From Gammaproteobacteria bacterium (GTDB taxonomy: Bacteria; Pseudomonadota; Gammaproteobacteria; SURF-13): a stretch of 64,000 nt of DNA. Shown here piece by piece: positions 10,472-21,038 of the stretch. Positions within the stretch are counted from its first letter, which is position 1. Every line of letters begins with the position of its first letter. The notes under the pieces are model-generated. The model made no database searches. It was not told the DNA's origin and worked only from the letters and a program-made list of their open reading frames with translations. The stretch spans positions 493 through 64,492 of the forward strand of contig JAURVQ010000033.1 in the NCBI GenBank assembly GCA_030655395.1, in the 5' to 3' direction. The position numbers were made by a program, and so were the translations under genes.

Positions 10472-11419
10472 ATGCTGATGATGCCGTTAACGGGCTGGAA
10501 TAGCGCCATCCTGTCGCGGGTGCAGGCGCGCTCACTCGAGCGCGGCGCGCCTGCGTTTACCGCGCTGCTCGTGATTCTGCTCGCGTACACGCTGGCGCCG
10601 CTGACCTGGCGTGTCTGGCCCGCCGCGCCCCAGGCCGAGCCGCCGCCGCGCTTTGTGGTGCAGACGGCGGTGCAGAGGCAACCGCAGGCGGGGGCGCAAA
10701 TCGCTGACTGGCATCTGTTTGGCGTACTTCAGGCGGAGCAGGATGCCGCATTGCCGCCGGAGACGCCGCTTAATCTTACGCTGCGCGGTGTGTTCGCCTC
10801 GGAGGATGCACAAAAGGCCTATGCCATTATTGCCGATGCGCAGGGCAAGGAAGACGGTTACCGGCTGGGGGCCGAATTGGCGGGCGGCGTGGTGCTGAAG
10901 GAGATATATCCCGACCGGGTGATTCTGGCGCGCGGCGGTCGTTCGGAAACGCTGAGTTTGCCCAATGAGCGCTTGCCGAATACTGCACCCGCGAGTCCGG
11001 GGTTGATACAGCCGCCGACGCCACAGATAGCGTCGGTGCCGCCGCCGGTTCCCGCAGTAGCCGCCGCCGCGCCGGGTACGTCAGCCGCGGCGCCGGACAA
11101 CAGCTTGGTGCTGCGCAATTACCGCGACGCGCTCAAGGCGAATCCGCAGAGCATGATGGGCCTGATACCGCTTGAGCCGGTGCAGGCGGGCGGGAAAGTT
11201 TCAGGTTACCGCCTGCTGGGCGGCGGCGACCCCGCGCTGCTGGGGCGCTTCGGTCTTGCCGCGGGCGACGTGGTAACGGCGGTGAACGGCATCACGCTCG
11301 ACAGTGCGGCGAAAGGGGCGGAGGTGGTGAAAAATCTGGCCACAGCGCATGACCTCAGTCTGCTGATCTTGCGCAATGGTGAGCAAAAGAGTTTTTCCTA
11401 TCATGCCGGGGAGCAATGA
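10472..11419 (+). CDS. gspC: type II secretion system protein GspC
   Basis: N-terminal TM, a Pro-rich linker and a C-terminal PDZ-like segment (GLAAGDVVTAVNGITLDSAAKGAEVVKNL...LLILRNGEQ), immediately upstream of gspD. Confidence 0.6.
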   Translation: MLMMPLTGWNSAILSRVQARSLERGAPAFTALLVILLAYTLAPLTWRVWPAAPQAEPPPRFVVQTAVQRQPQAGAQIADWHLFGVLQAEQDAALPPETPLNLTLRGVFASEDAQKAYAIIADAQGKEDGYRLGAELAGGVVLKEIYPDRVILARGGRSETLSLPNERLPNTAPASPGLIQPPTPQIASVPPPVPAVAAAAPGTSAAAPDNSLVLRNYRDALKANPQSMMGLIPLEPVQAGGKVSGYRLLGGGDPALLGRFGLAAGDVVTAVNGITLDSAAKGAEVVKNLATAHDLSLLILRNGEQKSFSYHAGEQ

Positions 11420-11424
11420 TAAGT

Positions 11425-11572
11425 CAATAAATTTGACTACACTTTCCGCTGCGTCCCCGCCCCTTGTTTAGGGGGCGGGACAGGGTGGGGGTAGAGTAAG
11501 CAGGGTTGTTACTCAGGAGTCACGCTTCAAGTAATGTAGCCTTGCTTTGTGACTCCTGAGTGATGGCGGGTT
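11425..11572 (-). repeat. Composite structured repeat, copy 2 (inverted orientation), beginning at the gspC stop codon
   Basis: Its reverse complement reads cactcaggagtcacaaagcaag...cgtgactcctgagtaacaaccctgcttactctacccccaccctgtcccgccccctaaacaaggggcggggac...gtgtagtcaaatttattgacttatcattgctcc. Confidence 0.5.
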
Positions 11573-11608
11573 TTGCGCGACGCGATAAAACGAACACGAG
11601 ACTGAATC

Positions 11609-13612
11609 ATGCTTAGACAGCGCTTCATTTTAATCACTGCATTTTGCGCCGGATTGTTCGCGGCGGCCCCGGTGTGCGCCGAGCCGGTGACGCTCAACTT
11701 CCGTGACGCTGACATCCATGCGGTGATCAGCACCGTGTCGGAAGTCACCGGCAAGAATTTCATCGTTGACCCGCGCGTCAACGGCAAGGTGACCATCGTC
11801 TCCAATCGCCCGATGGGCGATGCGGAGATGTATCAGGTGTTCCTGTCAGTGCTTGAGGTGCACGGCTTTGCGGCGGTGCCGAGCGGCAAGGTGACCAAGA
11901 TCGTCCCTGACGCCAACGCCAAGTTCGGCGACATCCGCACCGCTACCGACGAAGCGCCGGGCGTGGGCGACGAGATCATTACGCGCGTGATCGAGCTGAC
12001 TCAGGTGCAGGCCGCGCAACTGGTGCCCATCCTGCGCCCGCTGGTGAGTCCGCAGGGCCACATGGCGGCGCTTCCGACCACCAACATGCTCATCGTGTCG
12101 GATCGAGCGGGCAACACCGAGCGTCTGGTGAAGATCATCCGCCGTATCGATCAGCCCGCGACGGATCAGGTCGAAATTATTCCGCTGCAACATGCCTCGG
12201 CCACGGAACTGGTACGCATTCTTAGCACGCTGGAGCAGCAGAGCAAACGCTCAGACCCCTCGGCGAAACAGGCGACTATTCTTGCCGACGAGCGCACCAA
12301 CAGTATTCTCATCAGCGGCGATACGAGCGATCGCCTGCGTCTGCGCGCCACCATCTCGCACCTCGATACGCCGCTGCAGGACAGTGAAGGAAACATTCAC
12401 GTGGTGTATCTGCGCTACGCCAAGGCGGCCGATCTGGTGCCGGTGCTCACCGGCGTGGCCAAGACCGGCAAGGCGGGGCGCTCTTCCGCGCCTGTAGCCG
12501 GGGCTGCGGTTCCGTCCGCTGAGCCAGTGCCGGTACAGCCTTCTGCAGGTACACCGACTAACGTCGCGCTTAGCATCCAGGCTGACGAAAGCATTAACGC
12601 GCTCGTCATTACCTCCACCCCGGAGCAGTTTCGCGCGCTGCAAAGCGTGATCCGTCAGCTCGACGTGCGTCGTGCGCAGGTGCAGGTGGAAGCGGTGATC
12701 GCGGAGGTGTCCGCGGACAAGGCCACCGACCTCGGCGTGCAGTGGCGCTTCAGCGGCGACCCCAACATCACCGGCACCATCGGCGCCGCCACCATCAACA
12801 GCACCAGCGGTATCGGCATCAGCCCCGCCGCCACTGCGGGAGGGTTCACGCTGGGCTCGTTCAAGAACGGCGGCTTCACGCTGCGTGCGCTCATCAATGC
12901 GCTCAGCAAGGACACCGGCACCAACGTGCTCTCCACGCCGACGCTGGTGATGCTCGACAATCAGGAGGCCGAAATCTCCGTGGGCCAGAACGTGCCGTTT
13001 CTTACGGGTACCCAGCAGACCACCGGTGGACTGGCCAATCCGTTCCAGACCATCGAGCGCAAGGACGTGGGCGTGAAGCTCAAGGTCAAGCCGCAGATCA
13101 ATGAAGGCGACGCCGTCAGGCTCGACATCGAGCAGGAAGTCTCCAGCGTCTCGCGCACCGCGATCACCGGCGCCAGCGACATCGTCACCAACAAGCGTTC
13201 CATCAAGACCAGCGTGCTGGTGGACGACGGCAGGATCGTGGTGCTGGGCGGGCTCATCAAGGATGACCTGACCGAGACGGTGAGCAAGGTGCCGGGTCTG
13301 GGTGACCTCCCGCTCATCGGAAAATTATTCAGCACCACCAGCACAACACTGGTAAAAACCAATCTCATGGTATTTCTGCACCCCACGATTGTGCGCAACG
13401 TCGATGACAGTACGCGGCTGGCGAGCGACAAATATAATTACATCCGCGCCAAGCAACTTGAGAGCGGTAAAGGCGGCGTCAAGTTGATGCCACGGGAAAA
13501 GGCGCCCAGTCTGCCGCCGCTGGATGAAGTGCTCAAGACACCTGCGGCCGATAAGGATGCGAACACAGGCGCCGGTGCAGAGAAGCCCTGGGTGGACCCG
13601 GATCAGCCATGA
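11609..13612 (+). CDS. gspD: type II secretion system secretin GspD
   Basis: Signal peptide, N0-N3 domains ([26 protein letters not shown]) and a C-terminal secretin domain ([14 protein letters not shown]). Confidence 0.9.
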   Translation: MLRQRFILITAFCAGLFAAAPVCAEPVTLNFRDADIHAVISTVSEVTGKNFIVDPRVNGKVTIVSNRPMGDAEMYQVFLSVLEVHGFAAVPSGKVTKIVPDANAKFGDIRTATDEAPGVGDEIITRVIELTQVQAAQLVPILRPLVSPQGHMAALPTTNMLIVSDRAGNTERLVKIIRRIDQPATDQVEIIPLQHASATELVRILSTLEQQSKRSDPSAKQATILADERTNSILISGDTSDRLRLRATISHLDTPLQDSEGNIHVVYLRYAKAADLVPVLTGVAKTGKAGRSSAPVAGAAVPSAEPVPVQPSAGTPTNVALSIQADESINALVITSTPEQFRALQSVIRQLDVRRAQVQVEAVIAEVSADKATDLGVQWRFSGDPNITGTIGAATINSTSGIGISPAATAGGFTLGSFKNGGFTLRALINALSKDTGTNVLSTPTLVMLDNQEAEISVGQNVPFLTGTQQTTGGLANPFQTIERKDVGVKLKVKPQINEGDAVRLDIEQEVSSVSRTAITGASDIVTNKRSIKTSVLVDDGRIVVLGGLIKDDLTETVSKVPGLGDLPLIGKLFSTTSTTLVKTNLMVFLHPTIVRNVDDSTRLASDKYNYIRAKQLESGKGGVKLMPREKAPSLPPLDEVLKTPAADKDANTGAGAEKPWVDPDQP

Positions 13613-15147
13613 GCTCCGCCGTCGTGACCCAGCCCGTGACGCTGGTCGAGGCCATACCTCAGGTCAACGCCCTGGCCGATGTGCGACGGCTGCCGTTTAC
13701 CTACGCCCGGCGCCACGGCGTGCTTTCCAGCGGAGTAGAGTCGGGGCATGCGGTCGTCCTGTGCCGCCCCGGCGTCAGTGCGTTCACGCTCGCCGAACTG
13801 CGCCGCCATCTCGGCGTGCCGCTCCGGCTCAAGACCGTGTCCGCCGAGGAGTTTGAAGGCCTGCTGCAAAGGCAGTATGAGCACGGCTCGGGCGAGGCCA
13901 TGCAGATGATGGAGGATATCGGCGACGACATGGATCTGTTCCGCGTCGCGCAGCAGTTGCAGGAGCCGGAGGATTTGCTGGAGAGCGAAGACGATGCGCC
14001 CATCATCCGCCTCATCAATGCGCTCTTCACCGAGGCAATCAAGGAAAACGCCTCCGATATCCATATCGAACCGTTTGAAAGCCGGCTGGTGGTGCGCTTC
14101 CGCGTCGATGGCATCCTGCGCGAAGTGATCGAGCCCCGGCGTGCGCTCGCGCCGCTGCTGGTGTCGCGCATCAAGGTGATGGCGAAACTCGATATCGCGG
14201 AAAAACGTCTGCCGCAGGACGGACGCATTTCCCTGCGCATCGCCGGGCGCGCGGTGGACGTGCGCGTGTCCACGCTGCCGTCCGGGCATGGCGAGCGCGT
14301 GGTGCTGCGTCTGCTCGACAAGCAGGCCGGGCGGCTCGACCTCGAGCACCTCGGCATGCCGGCGCAGGCGCTGGCCGCGATGGACCGGCTGATTCATCTG
14401 CCGCACGGCATCGTGCTGGTCACCGGCCCCACCGGCTCGGGCAAGACCACCACGCTCTACGCCGCGCTCACCCGCATCAACGACAAGAAGCGCAACCTGA
14501 TGACGGTGGAAGACCCGATCGAATATTATCTCGATGGCGTCGGCCAGACCCAGGTCAACACCAAGGTGGAGATGACGTTTGCGCGCGGGCTGCGCGCGAT
14601 TCTGCGCCAGGATCCCGATGTCGTCATGGTGGGCGAGATCCGCGATCTTGAAACCGCGCAGATCGCAGTGCAGGCAAGTTTGACCGGACACCTGGTGCTG
14701 TCCACGCTGCACACCAACAGCGCCGTGGGCGCGGTGACGCGTCTGCGTGACATGGGCGTGGAGCCGTTCCTGTTGTCGTCGAGCCTGGTCGGTGTGCTGG
14801 CGCAGCGCCTGGTGCGGCTGTTGTGCCCGCAGTGCAAACGCGCCTACACGGCGAACAGCGCCGACTGCGCGCTGCTCGGCGTGGCTGCCGCGTCCGCGCC
14901 GACGCTGTATGCGCCGGCCGGTTGCACGCAGTGCAAGCAGCTCGGTTACCGCGGCCGCACCGGCATCTACGAACTGGTGCCGGTGGACGACAGGATGCGC
15001 AGCATGATCCACGATGGCACCAGCGAGCATGCGCTGGAGCAGCACGCACGCACGCTCTCCGCCAGCATCCGCGACGACGGCATGCGCCGCGTGCTTGCCG
15101 GCGCCACTGCGCTGGAAGAAGTGCTGCGGGTAACGCGTGAGGACTAG
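13609..15147 (+). CDS. gspE: type II secretion system ATPase GspE
   Basis: Walker [14 protein letters not shown], Asp/His boxes and a tetracysteine motif (CPQC...CTQC). ATGA overlap with gspD. Confidence 0.9.
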   Translation: MSSAVVTQPVTLVEAIPQVNALADVRRLPFTYARRHGVLSSGVESGHAVVLCRPGVSAFTLAELRRHLGVPLRLKTVSAEEFEGLLQRQYEHGSGEAMQMMEDIGDDMDLFRVAQQLQEPEDLLESEDDAPIIRLINALFTEAIKENASDIHIEPFESRLVVRFRVDGILREVIEPRRALAPLLVSRIKVMAKLDIAEKRLPQDGRISLRIAGRAVDVRVSTLPSGHGERVVLRLLDKQAGRLDLEHLGMPAQALAAMDRLIHLPHGIVLVTGPTGSGKTTTLYAALTRINDKKRNLMTVEDPIEYYLDGVGQTQVNTKVEMTFARGLRAILRQDPDVVMVGEIRDLETAQIAVQASLTGHLVLSTLHTNSAVGAVTRLRDMGVEPFLLSSSLVGVLAQRLVRLLCPQCKRAYTANSADCALLGVAAASAPTLYAPAGCTQCKQLGYRGRTGIYELVPVDDRMRSMIHDGTSEHALEQHARTLSASIRDDGMRRVLAGATALEEVLRVTRED

Positions 15148-15232
15148 AGAAAAGATACAAGATACAAGAGAAAAGTAAGTCGACTACGGATACTTTTCTC
15201 TTTTATCTTGCCTCTTGTATCTGTATTTAAAT
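15148..15232. repeat. AG/CT-rich long hairpin element, copy A, filling the gspE-gspF intergenic gap
   Basis: gagaaaagatacaagatacaagagaaaagtaag ... tacttttctcttttatcttgcctcttgtatctg; related to the copy at 55751-55843. Confidence 0.5.
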
Positions 15233-16448
15233 GAGCGCCTTCGAATTTTCAGCACTGGACAGCACCGGGCGCACCCACAAGGGCGTGCTGGAAGGCGACA
15301 CCGCGCGCCAGATTCGCGGCCAGTTGCGCGACAAGGGCTGGACGCCGCTGGTGGTTGAAGAAGTACAGCAGCGCGAGGCGCGCAGCGGCGGATTTTCATT
15401 CACGTTTGCGCGCGGCATCAACAGCACCGATCTGGCGTTGATGACGCGCCAGTTGGCCACGCTGGTGCATTCCGCCCTGCCGGTGGAGGAGGCGGTGCGC
15501 GCGGTGTCGCAGCAAACGGAAAAGCTGCGCCTGCGCAACATGCTGATGGCGGTGCGCTCGCGCGTGCTGGAGGGTCATTCGCTCGCCACTGCGCTGGCGG
15601 ATTTTCCGCACATCTTTCCGGAGCTGTACCGCGCCACGGTGGCGGCGGGCGAGCAGTCCGGCCATCTGAACGTGGTGCTGGAGCGGCTTGCCGATTACAC
15701 CGAGACGCGCCAGCAGTTGCGGCAGAAGGTACAGCTGGCGCTGATTTATCCCGTCATCGTGACACTGGTGGCCATCGGCGTGGTGGTCGCACTGCTCGCC
15801 TTCGTGGTGCCGCAGGTGGTGCAGGTATTCGAGAATGTCGGACAGAAACTGCCGCTGCTGACGCGCGCGCTGATTGCATTGAGCGATTTCATCCGCAGCT
15901 ATGGCGTGGTGCTGTTGCTGGCGGCGGGTGCGGCCGGTGTGGCGGCGGTCGTGCTGCTCAAGCGCGAGCCGGTGCGCTACCGGTTTCATCAGGTATTGCT
16001 GCAGCTCCCGCTGCTGGGGCGTCTGGTGCGCGGGCTGAACGCGGCGCGTTTCGCGCGCACTTTCAGCATCCTCACCGCGAGCAGCGTGCCGGTGCTGGAG
16101 GGCTTGAAGATATCGGCCAGCGTGCTGTCCAATCTGCCGTTGCGCGCGGCGGTGAACGAGGCCGCGACGCGCGTGCGCGAGGGCAGCAGCCTGCATACGG
16201 CGCTCGAACACACGCATTATTTTCCGCCCATGCTGATTCACCTGATCGCCAGCGGTGAGGCGAGCGGCAAGCTCGACAGCATGCTGGAGCGCGCGGCGGT
16301 AAGCCAGGAGCGCGAGATGGAGACGCTGATCGCGGCGCTGCTCGGCCTGTTCGAGCCGGCCCTGATTCTGGGCATGGGCTTGATGGTGGTGCTGATAGTG
16401 GTGGCGATTTTGTTGCCGATTTTTGATCTGAACCAGTTAGTGAAATAG
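15231..16448 (+). CDS. gspF: type II secretion system inner-membrane platform protein GspF
   Basis: 405 aa with two T2SSF-type repeats and three TM segments. Confidence 0.9.
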   Translation: MSAFEFSALDSTGRTHKGVLEGDTARQIRGQLRDKGWTPLVVEEVQQREARSGGFSFTFARGINSTDLALMTRQLATLVHSALPVEEAVRAVSQQTEKLRLRNMLMAVRSRVLEGHSLATALADFPHIFPELYRATVAAGEQSGHLNVVLERLADYTETRQQLRQKVQLALIYPVIVTLVAIGVVVALLAFVVPQVVQVFENVGQKLPLLTRALIALSDFIRSYGVVLLLAAGAAGVAAVVLLKREPVRYRFHQVLLQLPLLGRLVRGLNAARFARTFSILTASSVPVLEGLKISASVLSNLPLRAAVNEAATRVREGSSLHTALEHTHYFPPMLIHLIASGEASGKLDSMLERAAVSQEREMETLIAALLGLFEPALILGMGLMVVLIVVAILLPIFDLNQLVK

Positions 16449-16458
16449 AGGCATCCGT

Positions 16459-16887
16459 ATGAGCATGAGACAAAAAGGCTTCACGTTGATTGAAGTGATG
16501 GTGGTGATCGTGATTCTCGGCATCCTCGCGGCGCTGGTGGTGCCGCGCGTGATGAACCGGCCGGACGAGGCGCGCATCATCAAGGCGAAGCAGGATATCC
16601 ACGCGCTCGAGGGCGCGCTCAATCTGTACAAGCTCGACAATTATGACTATCCCACCACCGACCAGGGACTGGAGGCTCTGGCGCGGAAACCCGCCACACC
16701 GCCGGAGCCGCGTCACTGGAAGCAAGGCGGCTACATCGACCGGCTGCCGAAAGACCCGTGGGGCGAGCCGTATCAATATCTGAACCCCGGCACGCATGGC
16801 GCCATCGACATCTACACGCTGGGCGTGGATCGTCAGCCGGGCGGCGAGGGCAACGATGCCGACATCGGCAACTGGAATCTCGAATAG
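16459..16887 (+). CDS. gspG: type II secretion major pseudopilin GspG
   Basis: Prepilin leader MSMRQKGFTLIEVMVVIVILGILAALVVP. Confidence 0.9.
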   Translation: MSMRQKGFTLIEVMVVIVILGILAALVVPRVMNRPDEARIIKAKQDIHALEGALNLYKLDNYDYPTTDQGLEALARKPATPPEPRHWKQGGYIDRLPKDPWGEPYQYLNPGTHGAIDIYTLGVDRQPGGEGNDADIGNWNLE

Positions 16888-16894
16888 CACCCAG

Positions 16895-17401
16895 TTGAAA
16901 ACCGCAGCGAGGCCCGGCGGCTTCACCCTGCTGGAAGTGCTGGTGGTGGTGCTGATCATCGGCATCATCCTGAGCTTTGCCGTGCTCAAGGTAAGTGACC
17001 GCAGCCGCTCCGAGACGGCGCAGCAGGAGGCGGAACGGCTGGCCGCGTTGTTGAAGCTGTCGAGTGAAGAGGCGGTGTTGCAGGCGCGCGAGTTTGCATT
17101 GCAACTGACGGCGGGCGGCTATGAGTTCCTCATGCTCGACAAGGACGCCTGGAAAACGCTGCAAGACGATGGCCTGCTGCGCCCGCGCCGCTTGCCGGCG
17201 GAGGTCACGTTGAGCGCGACCATCGAAGGCGAAGCCACAACGCCGCAGGACGGGCGCGACCAGCAGCCCCGCATCTATTTGTTGTCGAGCGGTGAGATGA
17301 CCGCATTCACGCTCGACCTGCGTGATGCAAAATCACACTACCGTCTGCGCGGCGAGCCGAATGGCAAGCTCGTGCTGAGCGAGCCGGAGGCCGCGCCATG
17401 A
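16895..17401 (+). CDS. gspH: type II secretion minor pseudopilin GspH
   Basis: A TTG start at 16895 gives MKTAARPGGFTLLEVLVVVLIIGIILSFAVL, in frame with track ORF 16796..17401. The ATG extension would overlap gspG by about 30 nt. Confidence 0.65.
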   Translation: MKTAARPGGFTLLEVLVVVLIIGIILSFAVLKVSDRSRSETAQQEAERLAALLKLSSEEAVLQAREFALQLTAGGYEFLMLDKDAWKTLQDDGLLRPRRLPAEVTLSATIEGEATTPQDGRDQQPRIYLLSSGEMTAFTLDLRDAKSHYRLRGEPNGKLVLSEPEAAP

Positions 17402-17781
17402 GGCCGCGCGCGCGGGGTTTTACGCTGATAGAAATCATGGTCGCGCTCGCCGTGCTGGCCATTGCGCTCGCCGCCGTGCTGCAAGGCGTCAGTGCGCACG
17501 TCAACAACGCCGCCTATCTGCGCGACCGCACGCTCGCGCACTGGGTGGCGCTGAACAAACTCACCGAGATGCAGGTGAGGCGCGACTGGCCCGCGCCCGG
17601 CGCGACGCAGGGCAGCAGCCTGATGGCGGGGCATGAGTGGCGCTGGACGGCGACGGTGCAGGACACGCCCGATCCCTCCGTGCGGCGGGTGGACGTTGCG
17701 GTGCGCGCCGACCCCGCCGCGCGCAGTGTACTCACCACGCTGGTGGGCTATCTCGCACGGCCGGAGGGGCCGGTGTCGTGA
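17398..17781 (+). CDS. gspI: type II secretion minor pseudopilin GspI
   Basis: MRPRARGFTLIEIMVALAVLAIAL prepilin N-terminus; ATGA overlap with gspH. Confidence 0.7.
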   Translation: MRPRARGFTLIEIMVALAVLAIALAAVLQGVSAHVNNAAYLRDRTLAHWVALNKLTEMQVRRDWPAPGATQGSSLMAGHEWRWTATVQDTPDPSVRRVDVAVRADPAARSVLTTLVGYLARPEGPVS

Positions 17782-18383
17782 TGCGCGCACGCGGCTTTAC
17801 GCTGCTGGAACTGCTGGTGGCGCTCGCCATTTTCGCCGTGCTCTCGGTGCTGGCCTACGGCGGTTTGCGCAACGTGCTCGACACGCGCGCGCAGGTCGAG
17901 GTGGAGGCCGCGCGCCTCACGGCACTGCAAACCACGTTCACGCTCATCGAACGTGATGTAGAGCAGGCGCTCGCGCGCAGCGTACGCGATAACTATGGCG
18001 ATACGCAGCCTGCGCTCACGGGCGGCGGCAATAAATTGCTAGAGTTGACCCACGCCGGTTTGCGCAATCCGGCGTTACAGGCGCGCAGCCAGCTCCAGCG
18101 CGTGGCCTATCAGTTGAAGGACGGGCACCTGCAGCGCCTGACCTGGCCGGTGCTCGACCGCGCGCCGAACAGCGTACCGCAGCAGGCCGAGTTGCTCAGC
18201 GGCATCGCTACCGTAGAGGTGCTGTTCTACGACCAGAATTTCACGCCGCAACGCGCGTGGCCGCTGCCGGATACCGGCAGCACCGCGCCACAGATGTTGC
18301 CGCGTGCCGTCGAGGTGAGTATCGAGCTCACCGGCTGGGGACGGGTGACGCGCCTGTTTCGCGTCGTGGATGCGCGTACATGA
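17781..18383 (+). CDS. gspJ: type II secretion minor pseudopilin GspJ
   Basis: Internal start MRARGFTLLELLVALAIFAVLSVLAYGGL of ORF 17637..18383; TGATG overlap with gspI. Confidence 0.7.
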   Translation: MRARGFTLLELLVALAIFAVLSVLAYGGLRNVLDTRAQVEVEAARLTALQTTFTLIERDVEQALARSVRDNYGDTQPALTGGGNKLLELTHAGLRNPALQARSQLQRVAYQLKDGHLQRLTWPVLDRAPNSVPQQAELLSGIATVEVLFYDQNFTPQRAWPLPDTGSTAPQMLPRAVEVSIELTGWGRVTRLFRVVDART

Positions 18384-19306
18384 TTCCTGAGTCGCAACGC
18401 GGCGTCGCGCTGATTACGGCGTTACTGGTGATTGCGCTGGTGGCGATCACGGCGGTGGCGATGGCGTCACGGCAGCAGATCGACATCCGCCGCAGCGCCA
18501 ACATCATCGACGCCAGCCAGGCCTATGAGCTTGCGCTCGGCGTGGAGGCGTGGGCGCAGGGCCTGCTCGCCGCCGACCTGCGCAGCAATAAAACCGATTC
18601 GCTGCATGACGACTGGGCCACGGCGCTGGCGCCGATCAAGGCGGAAGGCGGCAAGGTGGCGGGTGAAGTCATGGATTTGCAGGGTCGTTTCAATCTCAAC
18701 AATCTGGTGCAGAATCGCCAGCGCAGCGATCCCGACGTAAAAATTTTTCAGCGCCTGCTCGCCAGCCTCGGGATTGATCCGGATCTCGCCTCGGCGGTGG
18801 TGGACTGGATTGATCCGGATGTCGAACGCGGTTTCCCCAACGGCGCGGAAGATGTGGAGTATCTCGGGCGCACGCCGCCGTACCGCACCGCGAACGCACC
18901 CATGCTGAGTGTGAGCGAGCTGCTGCTGGTGCAGGGTTTTACACCGCAAATCTATGCCAAACTGGCGCCGCTGGTGTGCGCGCTGCCCGCGCCCACCGGC
19001 ATCAACGTCAACACCGCGCCCGCCGCAGTGCTGGCGGCGCTGGCCGATGACGTCTCGGTGACGAGCGCGCAGGCGCTGGTCGAGGCGCGCAAGGCCAAGG
19101 TGTTCGCCTCGGTAGGTGAGTTCGCGCAACAGCCCGTGTACGCCGGGCGAGTGCTGCTGCAGGACCGGCTCACGGTCGCCAGCAGCTATTTTTTACTGGC
19201 CGGAAGTAGCGAGGCCGGGCGCGGACAGGTACAGTTATACAGCGTGTTGCATCGCAACGCGGACGGGAAGGTAATGACACTCATGCGCGGCCGGGGCAGC
19301 TTCTAG
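18380..19306 (+). CDS. gspK: type II secretion minor pseudopilin GspK
   Basis: Internal start MIPESQRGVALITALLVIALVAITAVAMA; about 308 aa; ATGA overlap with gspJ. Confidence 0.7.
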   Translation: MIPESQRGVALITALLVIALVAITAVAMASRQQIDIRRSANIIDASQAYELALGVEAWAQGLLAADLRSNKTDSLHDDWATALAPIKAEGGKVAGEVMDLQGRFNLNNLVQNRQRSDPDVKIFQRLLASLGIDPDLASAVVDWIDPDVERGFPNGAEDVEYLGRTPPYRTANAPMLSVSELLLVQGFTPQIYAKLAPLVCALPAPTGINVNTAPAAVLAALADDVSVTSAQALVEARKAKVFASVGEFAQQPVYAGRVLLQDRLTVASSYFLLAGSSEAGRGQVQLYSVLHRNADGKVMTLMRGRGSF

Positions 19307-19323
19307 GACACCTTTAAAAACTT

Positions 19324-20547
19324 ATGAATCAGCGAATATTCATCCGCCTGTCACACGATGCCTCCGCTGCGGCGAGCTGGCTGCGCGCAAGTGAGGCGGG
19401 CCTGGCGCTGGGCAATGTGATGAGCGGCACGCTGGAACAGGCGGCGGCGGAAATAGTGCAGCAGCCCGGCGTGCAGATCGTGGTGCTGGCGCCCGCGACC
19501 GAGATCGTGTTCGCGCAGGCCGCGGTGCCGGGCCGCGCGCGCCTTGCGCAGGCGGTGCCTTACGCGCTCGAAGAGCAGTTGGCCGCTGATGTGGAGCAAC
19601 TTCATTTCGCGCTGGGGCGGCGTGAGGCGGACGGCCGCATCAACACCGCCGTGGTGTCGCGCGCGCACATGGAGGACTGGCTGGCGCGTCTCGACGCCGC
19701 AGGCGTGCAGCCCGACACTCTGGTGAGCGAGCTCCAACTGCTGCCGCTGGCGCCGGGGGAGTGGAGCGCGCTGCGCGAGAACGGTGTGGTGACGGTACGC
19801 ACCGGCGCGCAGCAAGGTCTGGTGGTGGACAGTGAAAATCTGGAAGCCATGATGCGCGCCGCCATGACCGAGGCCGGAGTTGACGCGCCGGCGCGCGTGC
19901 ATCTGATCGACGCCGATCTTGACACGCCTTTGGCTGCTGCGGTGGAGGGCGTTGAATTCGTGCGCGAGCCATGCCCCGCGCACCCGTTGTCGCGGCTGGC
20001 CAAAAATTTTGACGCGCAGGGCGTCATCAATTTACTGCAAGGCGAGTACAGCCGGCGCGAGCAACTGGGCAGGTTGTGGCGTCCGTGGCGCGCGGCGGCG
20101 GCGCTGCTCGCCGTCTGGCTGGTGTTCAATATCGGCATCACGGTGTTTGAATCGATACAGCTTGCACGCGAGCAAAGCCGGTTGACGGCGCAGGTGGAGC
20201 AGCTTTACCGCAAGACCTTTCCGGACGCGCGCAAGGTGGTCAATGTGCGGGTGCAGATGCAGCGCGGGCTGGATGCGCTGCGCGCGAGCGCCGATGCGGG
20301 CAACGCCGATTTTCTGGGTCTGCTCGCGGCCTCCGGCGCCGCACTGCACGACAACAGCGCGATCACACTGCGCGGCATCAGTTACAAAGACCGGCAACTG
20401 GAGATTGATCTTGAGGCCAAGGATATGCAGGCGCTGGATCAACTCAAACAGCGTCTGATGCAGTCCGCGCTCGCGGTGGAGATACAGTCCGCCGCCGCCA
20501 GGGAGGGCAAGGTGGACGGCCGGCTGCAAATCAGGAGACGGTCATGA
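19324..20547 (+). CDS. gspL: type II secretion system protein GspL
   Basis: 407 aa with a cytoplasmic domain, a single TM (WRAAAALLAVWLVFNIGITVF) and a periplasmic domain, in the expected operon position. Confidence 0.65.
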   Translation: MNQRIFIRLSHDASAAASWLRASEAGLALGNVMSGTLEQAAAEIVQQPGVQIVVLAPATEIVFAQAAVPGRARLAQAVPYALEEQLAADVEQLHFALGRREADGRINTAVVSRAHMEDWLARLDAAGVQPDTLVSELQLLPLAPGEWSALRENGVVTVRTGAQQGLVVDSENLEAMMRAAMTEAGVDAPARVHLIDADLDTPLAAAVEGVEFVREPCPAHPLSRLAKNFDAQGVINLLQGEYSRREQLGRLWRPWRAAAALLAVWLVFNIGITVFESIQLAREQSRLTAQVEQLYRKTFPDARKVVNVRVQMQRGLDALRASADAGNADFLGLLAASGAALHDNSAITLRGISYKDRQLEIDLEAKDMQALDQLKQRLMQSALAVEIQSAAAREGKVDGRLQIRRRS

Positions 20548-21038
20548 AGGCCTGGTGGCAACAGTTGGCGGCGCGCGAGCGGCGCTGGGTAGCGCTGGGC
20601 GGTGGCGCGCTCGCGCTGATACTTATATATAGCCTGGCGTGGCAGCCGCTGGCGAGTTACCACGCGCGCGTGCAGCAGCGCGTGAGTGAGCAGACCGAAC
20701 TGCTGGCCTGGATGACGCAGAGCGCGTTTGAGGTCGAGCGGCTGCGCGCGGCGGCGGGCGGCATCATGCCCGCCAGCGCACAGTCATTGCTGGCGCAAGT
20801 GGATGCCAGCGCCAAGGCGGCGGGGCTGGGTGCGGCGCTGAAACGCGTCGAGCCGGAAGGAGGCAACACTGTGCGAGTGTGGCTGGAGCAGGCGCCGTTT
20901 GACGCTACCGTGCTCTGGCTCGAGCGCCTGAAACGCGAGCACGGTGCGCGCATCACCAGCGTAGTGGTGGAGCGCGTCGCTGCTGAGCCTGTAGGCGCAG
21001 TAAATGTACGCGTCGCGCTGGAAGGCAGTGCGCCGTGA
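20544..21038 (+). CDS. gspM: type II secretion system protein GspM
   Basis: 164 aa with an N-terminal TM (RWVALGGGALALILIYSLAW); ATGA overlap with gspL. Confidence 0.6.
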   Translation: MKAWWQQLAARERRWVALGGGALALILIYSLAWQPLASYHARVQQRVSEQTELLAWMTQSAFEVERLRAAAGGIMPASAQSLLAQVDASAKAAGLGAALKRVEPEGGNTVRVWLEQAPFDATVLWLERLKREHGARITSVVVERVAAEPVGAVNVRVALEGSAP

